Origin: a virus
Lineage: Duplodnaviria; Caudoviricetes
Length of the DNA stretch: 29,571 nt
Virus record (IMG/VR): IMGVR_UViG_3300032330_000753
Coordinates: 1-29,571 of that record
Direction: 5' to 3' (one strand)
Numbering within the stretch: the stretch's first letter is position 1; every line of letters starts with the position of its first letter. The notes beneath the pieces were generated by a model, which saw only the letters and a program-made list of their open reading frames with translations, did not search any database and was not told the DNA's origin. The position numbers and the translations under genes are program-made. Positions 16,129 to 24,356 of this stretch are shown piece by piece.

Positions 16129-16569
16129 TTATTCACCTATTTCAACAACAACGTCTTTCATTGATTCGAGGAAGTTGTTGATGTCTTTTTTGACACAAGG
16201 GGGACAAGTAGAGCGCTCATTGAACGCTCCTGTGGCTTTGTCTTTGAACGAATAGAACTTCAACATATCTTTCTGCTCTAAACGTCCTTGCGCCTTCATA
16301 TCAAGCAGGAAACGCTTAAACTCGATTTGTTCTTCAAGAGAAAGAACACCGTCCCATTTAGATGCTGGACAAGAAGCGAAGGCTAACTTTGCTTTAACCG
16401 GCATAACGCAACCGCACAACTTAATCGACTTGCGACGGAACAATACTTCGCTTTCTACTTCTTCGCCTACAATCAATGGTCCACAAGACTGCGTTGATGC
16501 TTCGAAGAATTTACAGGTGCGACAAATTTCAAGTCGTCGCTTATATTCATTTGATTTTGCGAATAACAT
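16129..16569 (-). CDS. Cys-rich putative metal-binding protein
   Basis: RRLEICRTC...C...CGC..K.....SCP..KW, plus a C-terminal CPPC. Confidence 0.7.
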   Translation of the reverse strand: MLFAKSNEYKRRLEICRTCKFFEASTQSCGPLIVGEEVESEVLFRRKSIKLCGCVMPVKAKLAFASCPASKWDGVLSLEEQIEFKRFLLDMKAQGRLEQKDMLKFYSFKDKATGAFNERSTCPPCVKKDINNFLESMKDVVVEIGE

Positions 16570-17050
16570 TGGCTCTTATTTTTTGTTTAATACTATCAAT
16601 TGTTCGGTAAAGGAACACGGTTGGTATTCCTGTTTGCTTTGAAAATTCTCGGTAGGTGAATCCTTCGAAGATATATTCCTGAAAGATAAGACGTTCAAAC
16701 TCGGTTAACCGGCTAATTAGAATGTCTAACTGCTCATTTGTCATTCGTGCGCCTAACCACGTCTTATCGACTTCGTGAGCGTATTCTTTAAAGTCGCGTC
16801 TGTTTCTATTCCATGCGATTGTTTGGCGGTAAAATGGCGACGTTGGACTATTTACCGCTAAGTACATAACACGAATCAAATAGAACTCAAAGTCGCCTGT
16901 ATCGATTAGGTTCTCGATGTGCTTCGAACCAAACATAGAAAGTAAAGAATCGTGCAGAAGATCCTCATAGTAGTCCTCACCTCGCGAAATGTTCTTCGCA
17001 AGTTCTTTGAACTTTTTGTAATGTCCTTCTATGTATTGGTCAAGTGTCAC
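16547..17050 (-). CDS. ECF-type RNA polymerase sigma factor-like protein
   Basis: Region-2-like EDLLHDSLL and region-4-like L...ER.IF......G.TYREFSKQTGI HTH; 167 aa. Confidence 0.7.
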   Translation of the reverse strand: MTLDQYIEGHYKKFKELAKNISRGEDYYEDLLHDSLLSMFGSKHIENLIDTGDFEFYLIRVMYLAVNSPTSPFYRQTIAWNRNRRDFKEYAHEVDKTWLGARMTNEQLDILISRLTEFERLIFQEYIFEGFTYREFSKQTGIPTVFLYRTIDSIKQKIRANVIRKIK

Positions 17051-17457
17051 TCATTAAAATATTCGTCGATTTGCTTTATTGCTTCCTCGCTACCTTTACA
17101 AATATACGAAGCATATCCCCTGTTTCTTAATTGTTCCTGCCAACGCTTCTGCTCTGGACTTGCGACACCCCCCTTTTCCTTCTTCATTTCAATGGCAAGA
17201 CCGTTGTATTCATTGCGTGGTTCGTATATGAATAGGTCGGGAAAGCCTTTAACGTAACCGGTGCGCTTCATCTTGATCGCTTGTAAGTAACTTGTCCTCA
17301 TACCACCCGCTGAAGCGCAATAAAGAACGTCAGGATATGCTAAACGTAGGTACTTAATTACTATTTCTTGTTGGTTCGATTCAGATTCGGGGGTTGCTTT
17401 GCGTCTTGAAGCACTTTTTTTATAAGTTTTTTTATATGTCTTGACATTCATTTTCAA
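17047..17457 (-). CDS. VRR-NUC domain nuclease
   Basis: E...Q, GFPDL, IEMK and SPEQK.W...L...GY motifs. Confidence 0.85.
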   Translation of the reverse strand: MKMNVKTYKKTYKKSASRRKATPESESNQQEIVIKYLRLAYPDVLYCASAGGMRTSYLQAIKMKRTGYVKGFPDLFIYEPRNEYNGLAIEMKKEKGGVASPEQKRWQEQLRNRGYASYICKGSEEAIKQIDEYFNE

Positions 17458-17495
17458 TCAGTTATAAATTATTTTCAAAAAAAAAGTAAAATAAA

Positions 17496-17529
17496 TTTGT
17501 TTTCTAATAGTTTAGCATAGTATATTTGT
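17496..17529 (+). promoter_or_regulatory. Early rightward promoter
   Basis: TTTG (17496-17499)-N21-TATATTTG (17521-17528), the Bacteroidota -33/-7 consensus. Confidence 0.8.
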
Positions 17530-17549
17530 CAAACAATTAACAACAACAC

Positions 17550-17557
17550 CAAAGATA
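17550..17557 (-). promoter_or_regulatory. Leftward promoter -7 element TATCTTTG
   Basis: TAnnTTTG on the minus strand upstream of the VRR-NUC/sigma operon; TTG 23 nt upstream. Confidence 0.55.
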
Positions 17558-17574
17558 AACAAAAACAAAACAAA

Positions 17575-17781
17575 ATGTATCAAGTAACAAAAACCACAAA
17601 CATCGCAGGACAACCAATAAGAATTGATTGGTCTTATGAATTCAACGACGAGAACAAAGCAATCAATTGCTTAATGGAACACGCTTCCAATCTTTCACTT
17701 GAAGTTCGTGAAGATATGTACTACGCATCTTGCGAAGGTAATAAGCCAGAGATAGAAATCGAAATCGTTCAATACTCTTAA
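17575..17781 (+). CDS. Hypothetical early protein
   Basis: 68 aa, strong A-rich TIR. Confidence 0.75.
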   Translation: MYQVTKTTNIAGQPIRIDWSYEFNDENKAINCLMEHASNLSLEVREDMYYASCEGNKPEIEIEIVQYS

Positions 17782-17785
17782 TACA

Positions 17786-17899
17786 ATGAAAAAAACACTA
17801 CTCTTTATTGCGCTTCTATTCGCAGGAATGTTAATCGCAGGATCAATCGATGAATCAACAAGACAACTTGAACAACAACCAAATCACTATTCAAAATGA
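17786..17899 (+). CDS. Small membrane peptide (37 aa, not in ORF track)
   Basis: MKKTLLFIALLFAGMLIAGSIDESTRQLEQQPNHYSK*. Confidence 0.7.
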   Translation: MKKTLLFIALLFAGMLIAGSIDESTRQLEQQPNHYSK

Positions 17900-18066
17900 A
17901 AGTAGAACTAATTCAAAAAACAACTTTGACCGATATGTACTATAAGATCGTAGTCAATGGAGAGTTTCATATGTCATACACAAGCTACGAAGATGCAAAA
18001 TCTGCATATGACCGAATCAAGTCAGCGACACCACGCGAAGAAGTAATTGAATCAAAAGAAATCTAA
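17896..18066 (+). CDS. Hypothetical protein (56 aa, not in ORF track)
   Basis: MKVELIQKTTLTDMYYKIVVNGEFH...; ATGA-coupled. Confidence 0.75.
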   Translation: MKVELIQKTTLTDMYYKIVVNGEFHMSYTSYEDAKSAYDRIKSATPREEVIESKEI

Positions 18067-18080
18067 AACCCACAAATCAA

Positions 18081-18308
18081 ATGAACAATGAAAAACATTA
18101 CAAAACACCTTTTCTTTTCTTCGAAGATATCGTTCTTCTTACAGAAGCTATTATCATCACCCAAAATTATTATGGTGATAAAAGAACTGGAGCATTGGAT
18201 TGGGATACCTCTTGTCAAAAGAGAATTGACCAACTTGAACGAGTGCTCCACAAAATACATTCAACGCATTACAAAGAACTACCAGAACCACCAACAGAAG
18301 AAATCTAA
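18081..18308 (+). CDS. Hypothetical protein
   Basis: 75 aa, A-rich TIR. Confidence 0.65.
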   Translation: MNNEKHYKTPFLFFEDIVLLTEAIIITQNYYGDKRTGALDWDTSCQKRIDQLERVLHKIHSTHYKELPEPPTEEI

Positions 18309-18444
18309 TTTTGTTTGCGTTTATTCATCAGCGAATGCATACAACTTAACGCACAACGAGATAAGCGCGAATATAGAGAAATGTCAAAAACTTTCAGAAG
18401 CGCGTTGGAACGACCAACTAATTGAATACATTTGTAACCACTAA
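18088..18444 (+). CDS. Hypothetical protein overlapping 18081-18308 (start uncertain)
   Basis: The frame that covers 18309-18444 and ends just before the next gene's TIR. Confidence 0.4.
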   Translation: MKNITKHLFFSSKISFFLQKLLSSPKIIMVIKELEHWIGIPLVKRELTNLNECSTKYIQRITKNYQNHQQKKSNFVCVYSSANAYNLTHNEISANIEKCQKLSEARWNDQLIEYICNH

Positions 18445-18455
18445 AAATCAAAAAT

Positions 18456-18749
18456 ATGTACTGTCCAAAAATCACTTACTGTTTCATTGGCGACGATATA
18501 CGCACACTGAACGAGCGAATCAAAACAATTGCAAAAGACTATCAAGATGAAGACAACGGAGGTTGGTTCTCTGTTGACGAAACAAATCACCTCGTTTTCA
18601 TTGATGAGCAAGACAACCTTTATGTCATCCATTTGCGAGGACGCTTTTGGAGAAAAGGTGAACGCGATTTTAATCTTGAATATGTCACATTAGAAAAAGA
18701 TGGAATCAGCTTTAGTTTTGATGTAGACATCTTCGACGATCAAATATAA
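18456..18749 (+). CDS. Hypothetical acidic protein
   Basis: 97 aa, A-rich TIR. Confidence 0.75.
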   Translation: MYCPKITYCFIGDDIRTLNERIKTIAKDYQDEDNGGWFSVDETNHLVFIDEQDNLYVIHLRGRFWRKGERDFNLEYVTLEKDGISFSFDVDIFDDQI

Positions 18750-19556
18750 ATGGGTTACTACAAAAGACAAAGCGAGGAAGAACAAATGTCGGAGAACGAA
18801 TGGTTCTGGCAAAATGAAGAAGCAAAACTCGCAAACAAATTTGAATCTTATATAAATCAACAAATAAACAACAACAACATGAGCATCATTGCCCAACAAT
18901 CAAACAACAGCGCAGGTCAAACAGTACCCGCAGGAACACACGTCGCACGTTGCTACCAAATCATTCACATCGGCACAATCGTCGACACCTATCAAGGCGA
19001 AGAAAAGTTAGTGAACAAGGTTCGCTTAGTATTCGAACTACCATTGGAAACTGCCGACTTCGGTAAAGGTGAACAACCATTCTCAATTGGACGCGACTTC
19101 ACTTTATCAATGCACGAAAAGAGTGGTTTACGCGCCTTCGTTCAATCGTGGTTAGGTAAGGCAATGAGCGACGCTGAGGCATCTAAATTTGACATTGGTA
19201 CTTTACTTGGCAAAGAAGCAATGGTTAGCGTAATGCACCGCACAGCGAACACAGGGCGCACTTACGCAGACTTGAAAGGAGCGTCACCACTTGCAAAAGG
19301 AATGACTTGCCCTCCTCAGGTAAACGCAGCGTTTCTTTTAGACTACGATTCAGAAGACTTTGACCTTAGATTCAAGATGTTACCAGAGTGGCTTCAAAAC
19401 AAGGTGAGTTCTTCTGCTGAATTTAGCCAACGACTTGACAAGGCTGCGGACCAAATGAACAAAGCGAAGGCAATGTTGGAACAAAGCGGATTGGTTAAAG
19501 AATCAAAGGTCAATGAACCGATGCAAATGCCAGACGAAGACGATATGCCATTCTAA
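18750..19556 (+). CDS. SSB-like/OB-fold replication protein (internal start likely at 18879)
   Basis: PAGTHVARC..I..IGT, FTLS.HEKS.LR and LPEWLQ.K motifs; SSB-type acidic tail EDDMPF. Confidence 0.7.
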   Translation: MGYYKRQSEEEQMSENEWFWQNEEAKLANKFESYINQQINNNNMSIIAQQSNNSAGQTVPAGTHVARCYQIIHIGTIVDTYQGEEKLVNKVRLVFELPLETADFGKGEQPFSIGRDFTLSMHEKSGLRAFVQSWLGKAMSDAEASKFDIGTLLGKEAMVSVMHRTANTGRTYADLKGASPLAKGMTCPPQVNAAFLLDYDSEDFDLRFKMLPEWLQNKVSSSAEFSQRLDKAADQMNKAKAMLEQSGLVKESKVNEPMQMPDEDDMPF

Positions 19557-19566
19557 ATTAATAAGA

Positions 19567-19611
19567 TGTTATAAAAGGGTGTTATCTCAGACATAATGCC
19601 CTTTTATGACA
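19567..19611 (+). other. 19-bp RNA hairpin
   Basis: TGTTATAAAAGGGTGTTAT-ctcagac-ATAATGCCCTTTTATGACA; all three non-Watson-Crick pairs are G-U on the + strand. Confidence 0.7.
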
Positions 19612-19634
19612 CTTAATGCACAATAAACCATACA

Positions 19635-19874
19635 ATGAATAAAGAAATTTACAAAACTCCATTTGGAAAACTTATCAAAAGTCAATTTAAGACGATGCAG
19701 AACTTCAAAAACGTTCTTCGCATCAGTGATCCAACGGCACGACTTTACGTTACACATCCAGAACGAATGAGAATCAAAGACTTCAACAACATTTGCCTTC
19801 ACACAGGATTGTCTCGCGAAGAAGTTTTTTCAACCTTTACCCCAACCAAATTAATAAACGAAGAGAATGACTAA
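19635..19874 (+). CDS. Putative HTH DNA-binding protein
   Basis: 79 aa; MQNFKNVLRISDPTARLY helix-turn-helix-like pattern. Confidence 0.55.
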   Translation: MNKEIYKTPFGKLIKSQFKTMQNFKNVLRISDPTARLYVTHPERMRIKDFNNICLHTGLSREEVFSTFTPTKLINEEND

Positions 19875-20397
19875 CGAGCAAATACGTCAAGAGATGATTG
19901 ACATGATTCCGTTTCGTTACATGGAACGATTCGAAACCTTATGGCTAATGCTGACACCACGTTACGAACGTTTAACAACGGAGCAAATAAAACAACAACA
20001 GGAACTGGAGAATGAAAGAGAAATGTTTTGGTCAGCACTTGAAGACATAACGTGCAGCGTGTTGGGAATACCTTCTCAGCAATTATACACACCAACGCGA
20101 CGACGTGATATTGTAACTGCAAGACAAATTATATTCTTCATTATCCGCCCTTGCTATCTTCAAAGCTATGAATCGATAGGAAAGCACTACGGTAAGGATC
20201 ACGCAACGGTAATGCATGGAGTGAAGCAGGTAAGCTGGCAGATTGAGTGTGATAAAAACTACGCATCTAACGTGGAAAGAATCTGTTATTTATTAAACGA
20301 TATAGGTTATGCTAAACCAATGAAGTTTTTCACTAAGTTTGTCGAGCATCTGGAACATCAAAAAGAAATGAAACTTAAAAAACAACTAAAGAAATGA
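19867..20397 (+). CDS. DnaA C-terminal (domain IV) HTH-containing protein
   Basis: TRRRDIVTARQI...SYESIGKHYGKDHATVMHG signature; no AAA+ domain. Confidence 0.85.
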   Translation: MTNEQIRQEMIDMIPFRYMERFETLWLMLTPRYERLTTEQIKQQQELENEREMFWSALEDITCSVLGIPSQQLYTPTRRRDIVTARQIIFFIIRPCYLQSYESIGKHYGKDHATVMHGVKQVSWQIECDKNYASNVERICYLLNDIGYAKPMKFFTKFVEHLEHQKEMKLKKQLKK

Positions 20398-20588
20398 GTG
20401 ACTACTGCCGCTATTGCGATTCAGACCAAATTGAAGAACGAATTGCTGAAATCAAAAAAGACAATATCCGCTTTGCTGAATACGAAGACAGCGACGTGCA
20501 AGAAATGTTCGAAGACGAGATTGGTCTTTGTTACGAATGCACTCGCGAGGAAGATGCAGACGATTACAAAGGGGAGGGTTGGGACTAA
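20394..20588 (+). CDS. Small acidic protein with two CxxC motifs
   Basis: CRYC and CYEC. Confidence 0.65.
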   Translation: MSDYCRYCDSDQIEERIAEIKKDNIRFAEYEDSDVQEMFEDEIGLCYECTREEDADDYKGEGWD

Positions 20589-20603
20589 CTAAATCATAAA
20601 ATC

Positions 20604-21026
20604 ATGCTAATACTACAATTAAAACAAAGAATCATTCAACTTGAAGCTGCAATTCAGGAACAAGAACAGAAGATAAATGATATTCTTATTCGCTTATCAG
20701 TTCCACAAGCACAACTTCCAGCAACAACTAAAGAAAAGAAGCCGTCATTTAAGAAACCAACTGTTGTTGAAATCTACGACTACGCTTGTGAAAAGTTAAG
20801 CAACGACGACGCGCTTAAATTTACCGAGAAATTCCACGCTCATTATGAAGCGAATGGTTGGAAGGTCGGACGCAATCAAATGAAAGACTGGAAGGCTGCC
20901 GTTCGAAAATGGGACTTATCTACCTTTGTAACTACAAACCAAACTACAAAAATCAAAAATGGAAAATTCGATTCAGACGCTGCGCAGCGCATCTACAACG
21001 ACGCTCAGCACTACACAAAGGGTTGA
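20604..21026 (+). CDS. Replication initiator/replisome-organiser C-terminal-like domain protein
   Basis: FKKPT..EI..Y, F..HYEANGW.VG...MKDWKAAVRKW. Confidence 0.65.
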   Translation: MLILQLKQRIIQLEAAIQEQEQKINDILIRLSVPQAQLPATTKEKKPSFKKPTVVEIYDYACEKLSNDDALKFTEKFHAHYEANGWKVGRNQMKDWKAAVRKWDLSTFVTTNQTTKIKNGKFDSDAAQRIYNDAQHYTKG

Positions 21027-21714
21027 TAAAGCAGAACGCGAAAGCGCGTTTGTTGCCGACTACGAACTACCTGCATTCGTTAAGTTATGCTCAAAAGTCT
21101 GCGCTATGTATGGTATTGCTTTACCGGAAGCACAACTGTTGCAAATGTTGCATGAGTTCATAGGTAAGCACTTTCGTTGGGTTACGTTTGAACACTTCAA
21201 TTTAGCTTTTGAATTGAACGCTGCGAATGAACTGTCAAAGAAAGCCGAACACTTCGGAGCTTTGAGCGTGGTTTTTATTGGGGACGTGTTGACGCACTAC
21301 AAACCACATCGCGACAAGGCGAATCTACAAATACAGCGCGAAATTGCTGAATCAAAAGAAGAAGAATCAAAACAACTAAAAGAAAAAGAAATGGCGGTAA
21401 ACGACGATAGCTGGAGAAGAATGCTTGCAGAAGACTTGCACAATTATAAGAAAGGAAAGTACACGGTCATCGAGATTCGTGCGGTGTCGCTTATGCGGTG
21501 GTTGGAAGAAGCCAAGTATATTACACCTGACACCTTCACGGACGACGAATATAAACTTTGTAAAGCGAAGGCGAGAAAGACAATTTACTTCGAACAGAAT
21601 CTAAATAAACCAATGGTCGAAAGAATGAGCGACCGCAAACGTCAATTGCTCAAAGAATCGATTCAGTTCGAAGGTATGCGTGAGTTGTACAAATTATATT
21701 TGAGTAAGCAATGA
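20959..21714 (+). CDS. Hypothetical replication-module protein
   Basis: 251 aa, overlapping the initiator-like gene. Confidence 0.7.
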   Translation: MENSIQTLRSASTTTLSTTQRVDKAERESAFVADYELPAFVKLCSKVCAMYGIALPEAQLLQMLHEFIGKHFRWVTFEHFNLAFELNAANELSKKAEHFGALSVVFIGDVLTHYKPHRDKANLQIQREIAESKEEESKQLKEKEMAVNDDSWRRMLAEDLHNYKKGKYTVIEIRAVSLMRWLEEAKYITPDTFTDDEYKLCKAKARKTIYFEQNLNKPMVERMSDRKRQLLKESIQFEGMRELYKLYLSKQ

Positions 21715-22553
21715 ATGTATTGAGTTTATTTAATGGGATGAATACAGGCAGACAGGCACTTGAAAACGTAGGTGTAAAAGTAAATAAATACTATTCAAGT
21801 GAAATAAAACCCTATGCAATAGAATTAACACAACACCACTTTCCAGACACTATACAAGTTGGTGATGTTACTAAATGGAAGGAATGGGACATTGATTGGA
21901 AAACTATTGATTTAGTTTTAAGCGGTTCTCCTTGTCAAGATTTAAGTGCAGCAGGAAAACGAGCAGGAATAAATGGTAGTAGAAGTAGTTTATTTTTTGT
22001 ATTTGTAGACATTTTAGAACATATAAAAAAACTAAATCCAAAAGTTTTATTTTTGCAAGAAAATGTAGGAAGTGCAAATAAATTAGACGTTGGAATAATG
22101 AGCCGCGCTTTAGGTGTTTATCCTTGTCGTATCAATTCAAGTTTAGTAACCGCTCAATTGAGAGATCGTTACTACTGGAGTAATATAAAAACAAGTAAAA
22201 CAATGTTTGATATTGTAACTGATATTCCACAACCAAAAGACAGATCAATAATACTGAAAGATATTATTACAAGTGGAAATGTAGAAATAAACAAACATAC
22301 TTGTTTGAATACTGGTAGTGGTGAAACTGAAAATGCAAAACAAGAATATCTATTACACAGAAATTCAACTACTGGAATGATTACTTTAATACAAGAAGAA
22401 GAAAAAGTAAGAACAGTAAACAAAATTGAAATGTGTCGATTGCAAGGTTTTTCAGATAACTATTGCGATATTTTAACAACTGCAAAAGCTGGTAGTTTAC
22501 TTGGTGACGGTTGGACACTTCCAATTATTGAACATATTTTTAGTTTTTTATGA
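21711..22553 (+). CDS. DNA (cytosine-5) methyltransferase
   Basis: Motif I VLSLFNG, IV GSPCQ, VI ENV, VIII Q.RDRYYW, IX RLQGF and X LGDGW. Confidence 0.9.
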   Translation: MNVLSLFNGMNTGRQALENVGVKVNKYYSSEIKPYAIELTQHHFPDTIQVGDVTKWKEWDIDWKTIDLVLSGSPCQDLSAAGKRAGINGSRSSLFFVFVDILEHIKKLNPKVLFLQENVGSANKLDVGIMSRALGVYPCRINSSLVTAQLRDRYYWSNIKTSKTMFDIVTDIPQPKDRSIILKDIITSGNVEINKHTCLNTGSGETENAKQEYLLHRNSTTGMITLIQEEEKVRTVNKIEMCRLQGFSDNYCDILTTAKAGSLLGDGWTLPIIEHIFSFL

Positions 22554-22642
22554 CACCTTATAAACCGACATACCTGCCGCGTCAAGTCGAAGCGTTGAAC
22601 TATTTGAACACAGACAGCATCGTTGAGCAGTTGTTATACGGT
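22550..22642 (+). repeat. Imperfect direct repeat of the TerL 5' end (copy 1)
   Basis: 80/93 nt and 29/31 aa identical to 23046-23138 by manual alignment. Confidence 0.95.
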
Positions 22643-22837
22643 TGGTCGCACACATTTAACCAACATCGACCAGACAACGACTTGTATAAAACAAAAGAAG
22701 AAGCGTTTAAAGGTGGTCTTGAATTACTCATTAATCAATTGAAACGACGTAATGAAGAAAAACGCTACGACCGCATTGTTCAAATACTTCAAGACGAACT
22801 TTCTCCTGTGGTTGAAAATCAACTAACACTATTTTAA
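22550..22837 (+). CDS. Chimeric protein: first 31 aa of TerL fused to an unrelated 64-aa tail
   Basis: MTPYKPTYLPRQVEALNYLNTDSIVEQLLYG followed by WSHTF...ENQLTLF. Confidence 0.7.
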   Translation: MTPYKPTYLPRQVEALNYLNTDSIVEQLLYGWSHTFNQHRPDNDLYKTKEEAFKGGLELLINQLKRRNEEKRYDRIVQILQDELSPVVENQLTLF

Positions 22838-23046
22838 TGAAAAAATTAAGAATTGTTTCGCAAGAACATTGCGGAAAAACAATATACAAGGTGCAACAAA
22901 AAAAGTGGTATGGTTGGGATACTGAATCTATTTACAGAACTTATGTCGATATGGTTTTCGAAACTATTGAAGAAGCAGAATTGTACATATTAAAAATCTT
23001 CACCAAACCAAAAATTAAAGTGGTGAAAAATATAAATGTGAAATAA
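22837..23046 (+). CDS. Hypothetical protein
   Basis: 69 aa, TAATG-coupled on both sides; Y.VQ.KKWYGW...F.T.EEA pattern. Confidence 0.7.
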   Translation: MKKLRIVSQEHCGKTIYKVQQKKWYGWDTESIYRTYVDMVFETIEEAELYILKIFTKPKIKVVKNINVK

Positions 23047-24356
23047 TGCAACCTTATAAACCAACATACCTGCCGCGTCAGATTGAAGCGTTGAACTATT
23101 TGAACACCGATAGCATCGTTGAACAATTACTTTACGGTGGCGCGGCAGGGGGTGGCAAGACGAAATTTGGTTGTATGTGGCAGATACAGCGTCGTTTGAA
23201 GTACGCAGGAACGCGTTCACTTATTGGACGAAGCAAATTAGACACGCTTAAAAAGACGACGCTCAACACCTTCTTTGAAACAGCGCAAGACTTTGGTTTG
23301 GTTGCGGATAAACACTACACCTACAACGGACAATCAAACGTTATTAAGTTCTTTAACGGAAGCGAAATAGTGCTAAAAGACCTGTTCGCTTATCCATCAA
23401 ACCCAAATTTCGACCAACTTGGGTCGCTTGAAATCACAGACTATTTTATAGATGAAGTTTCAGAGGTTAGCGAAAAGGCAGTCAATATTGTTCATTCTCG
23501 TTGCCGTTTTAAGTTGAACGAGTTCGGTCTTATTCCGAAAGGTTTTCTTTCGTGTAATCCATCGAAGGGGTGGCTTTACAACGAATTCTACATGAAGAAC
23601 AACCGCAACGAATTGCCTTCACACCGCGCATTTGTTCAAGCGTTACCGCAAGATAACCCTTTCCTTCCTGTCGCCTACATCGAATCTCTTAGACGACTTC
23701 CTGAATACGACAGGAAAAGACTTTTGGAAGGGAACTGGGAGTTCGACGATGACAGCGACAAGTTGTTTCAAACAGAGAATCTTCTTCGAATGTTTAGGAA
23801 CGAAGTAATCAATGAAGGAAAGAAATACATAACAGCCGACATAGCGCGATTCGGTAAGGATAGAACGATTATCTGCGTGTGGGAAGGTCTAACTATCATT
23901 GACGTAATTGAAATGAATCGTGCTGCGTTGGACGAAGTCGTGAACAAAGTTCGTTTAACCTGTCAACAACACTCAATTTTACTTCAAGACGTAGTATGCG
24001 ACGAAGACGGAGTGGGTGGTGGTGTGGTTGACTTCTTGAAATGTCGAGGGTTCGTCAACGGATCTAAACCAAAGCACCCACAATACCAAAATCTGAAAAG
24101 CGAATGTTACTACAAACTCGCTCAATACGTCGAAGAAAACAAGGTAACGATTCTATCCAGTACGCGCAAAGAACAAATCGTTCGTGAGCTTGAAATGATT
24201 AAACGACACCGCGCAGACGTTGATGGTAAACTTATGGTCACACCAAAGGACGTTATTAAGAACCGAGAAGGCATTTCTCCCGACGTTGCCGACGCTATCA
24301 TGATGAGAATGTATTTCGAACTTAATCCAAGTTATGGACAATATGTTGTCGGATAA
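23046..24356 (+). CDS. terL: Terminase large subunit
   Basis: Walker A GGAAGGGKT, Walker B YFIDE, CNP coupling motif, nuclease ADIAR/DEDGVG/SPDVADA. Confidence 0.93.
   Translation: MQPYKPTYLPRQIEALNYLNTDSIVEQLLYGGAAGGGKTKFGCMWQIQRRLKYAGTRSLIGRSKLDTLKKTTLNTFFETAQDFGLVADKHYTYNGQSNVIKFFNGSEIVLKDLFAYPSNPNFDQLGSLEITDYFIDEVSEVSEKAVNIVHSRCRFKLNEFGLIPKGFLSCNPSKGWLYNEFYMKNNRNELPSHRAFVQALPQDNPFLPVAYIESLRRLPEYDRKRLLEGNWEFDDDSDKLFQTENLLRMFRNEVINEGKKYITADIARFGKDRTIICVWEGLTIIDVIEMNRAALDEVVNKVRLTCQQHSILLQDVVCDEDGVGGGVVDFLKCRGFVNGSKPKHPQYQNLKSECYYKLAQYVEENKVTILSSTRKEQIVRELEMIKRHRADVDGKLMVTPKDVIKNREGISPDVADAIMMRMYFELNPSYGQYVVG

Noticed and set aside
20083-20091. DnaA box TTATACACA within the DnaA-IV gene
   Set aside because: A single copy, plausible by chance in an AT-rich 29-kb genome; no cluster seen
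20398-21163. Alternative-frame ORFs 20398..20592 and 20858..21163
   Set aside because: Non-ATG starts, fully overlapped by better genes, no recognisable motifs
22550-23138. DGR template/variable repeat pair
   Set aside because: No reverse transcriptase in the genome; differences are mostly synonymous, not adenine-specific, and lie at a gene 5' end
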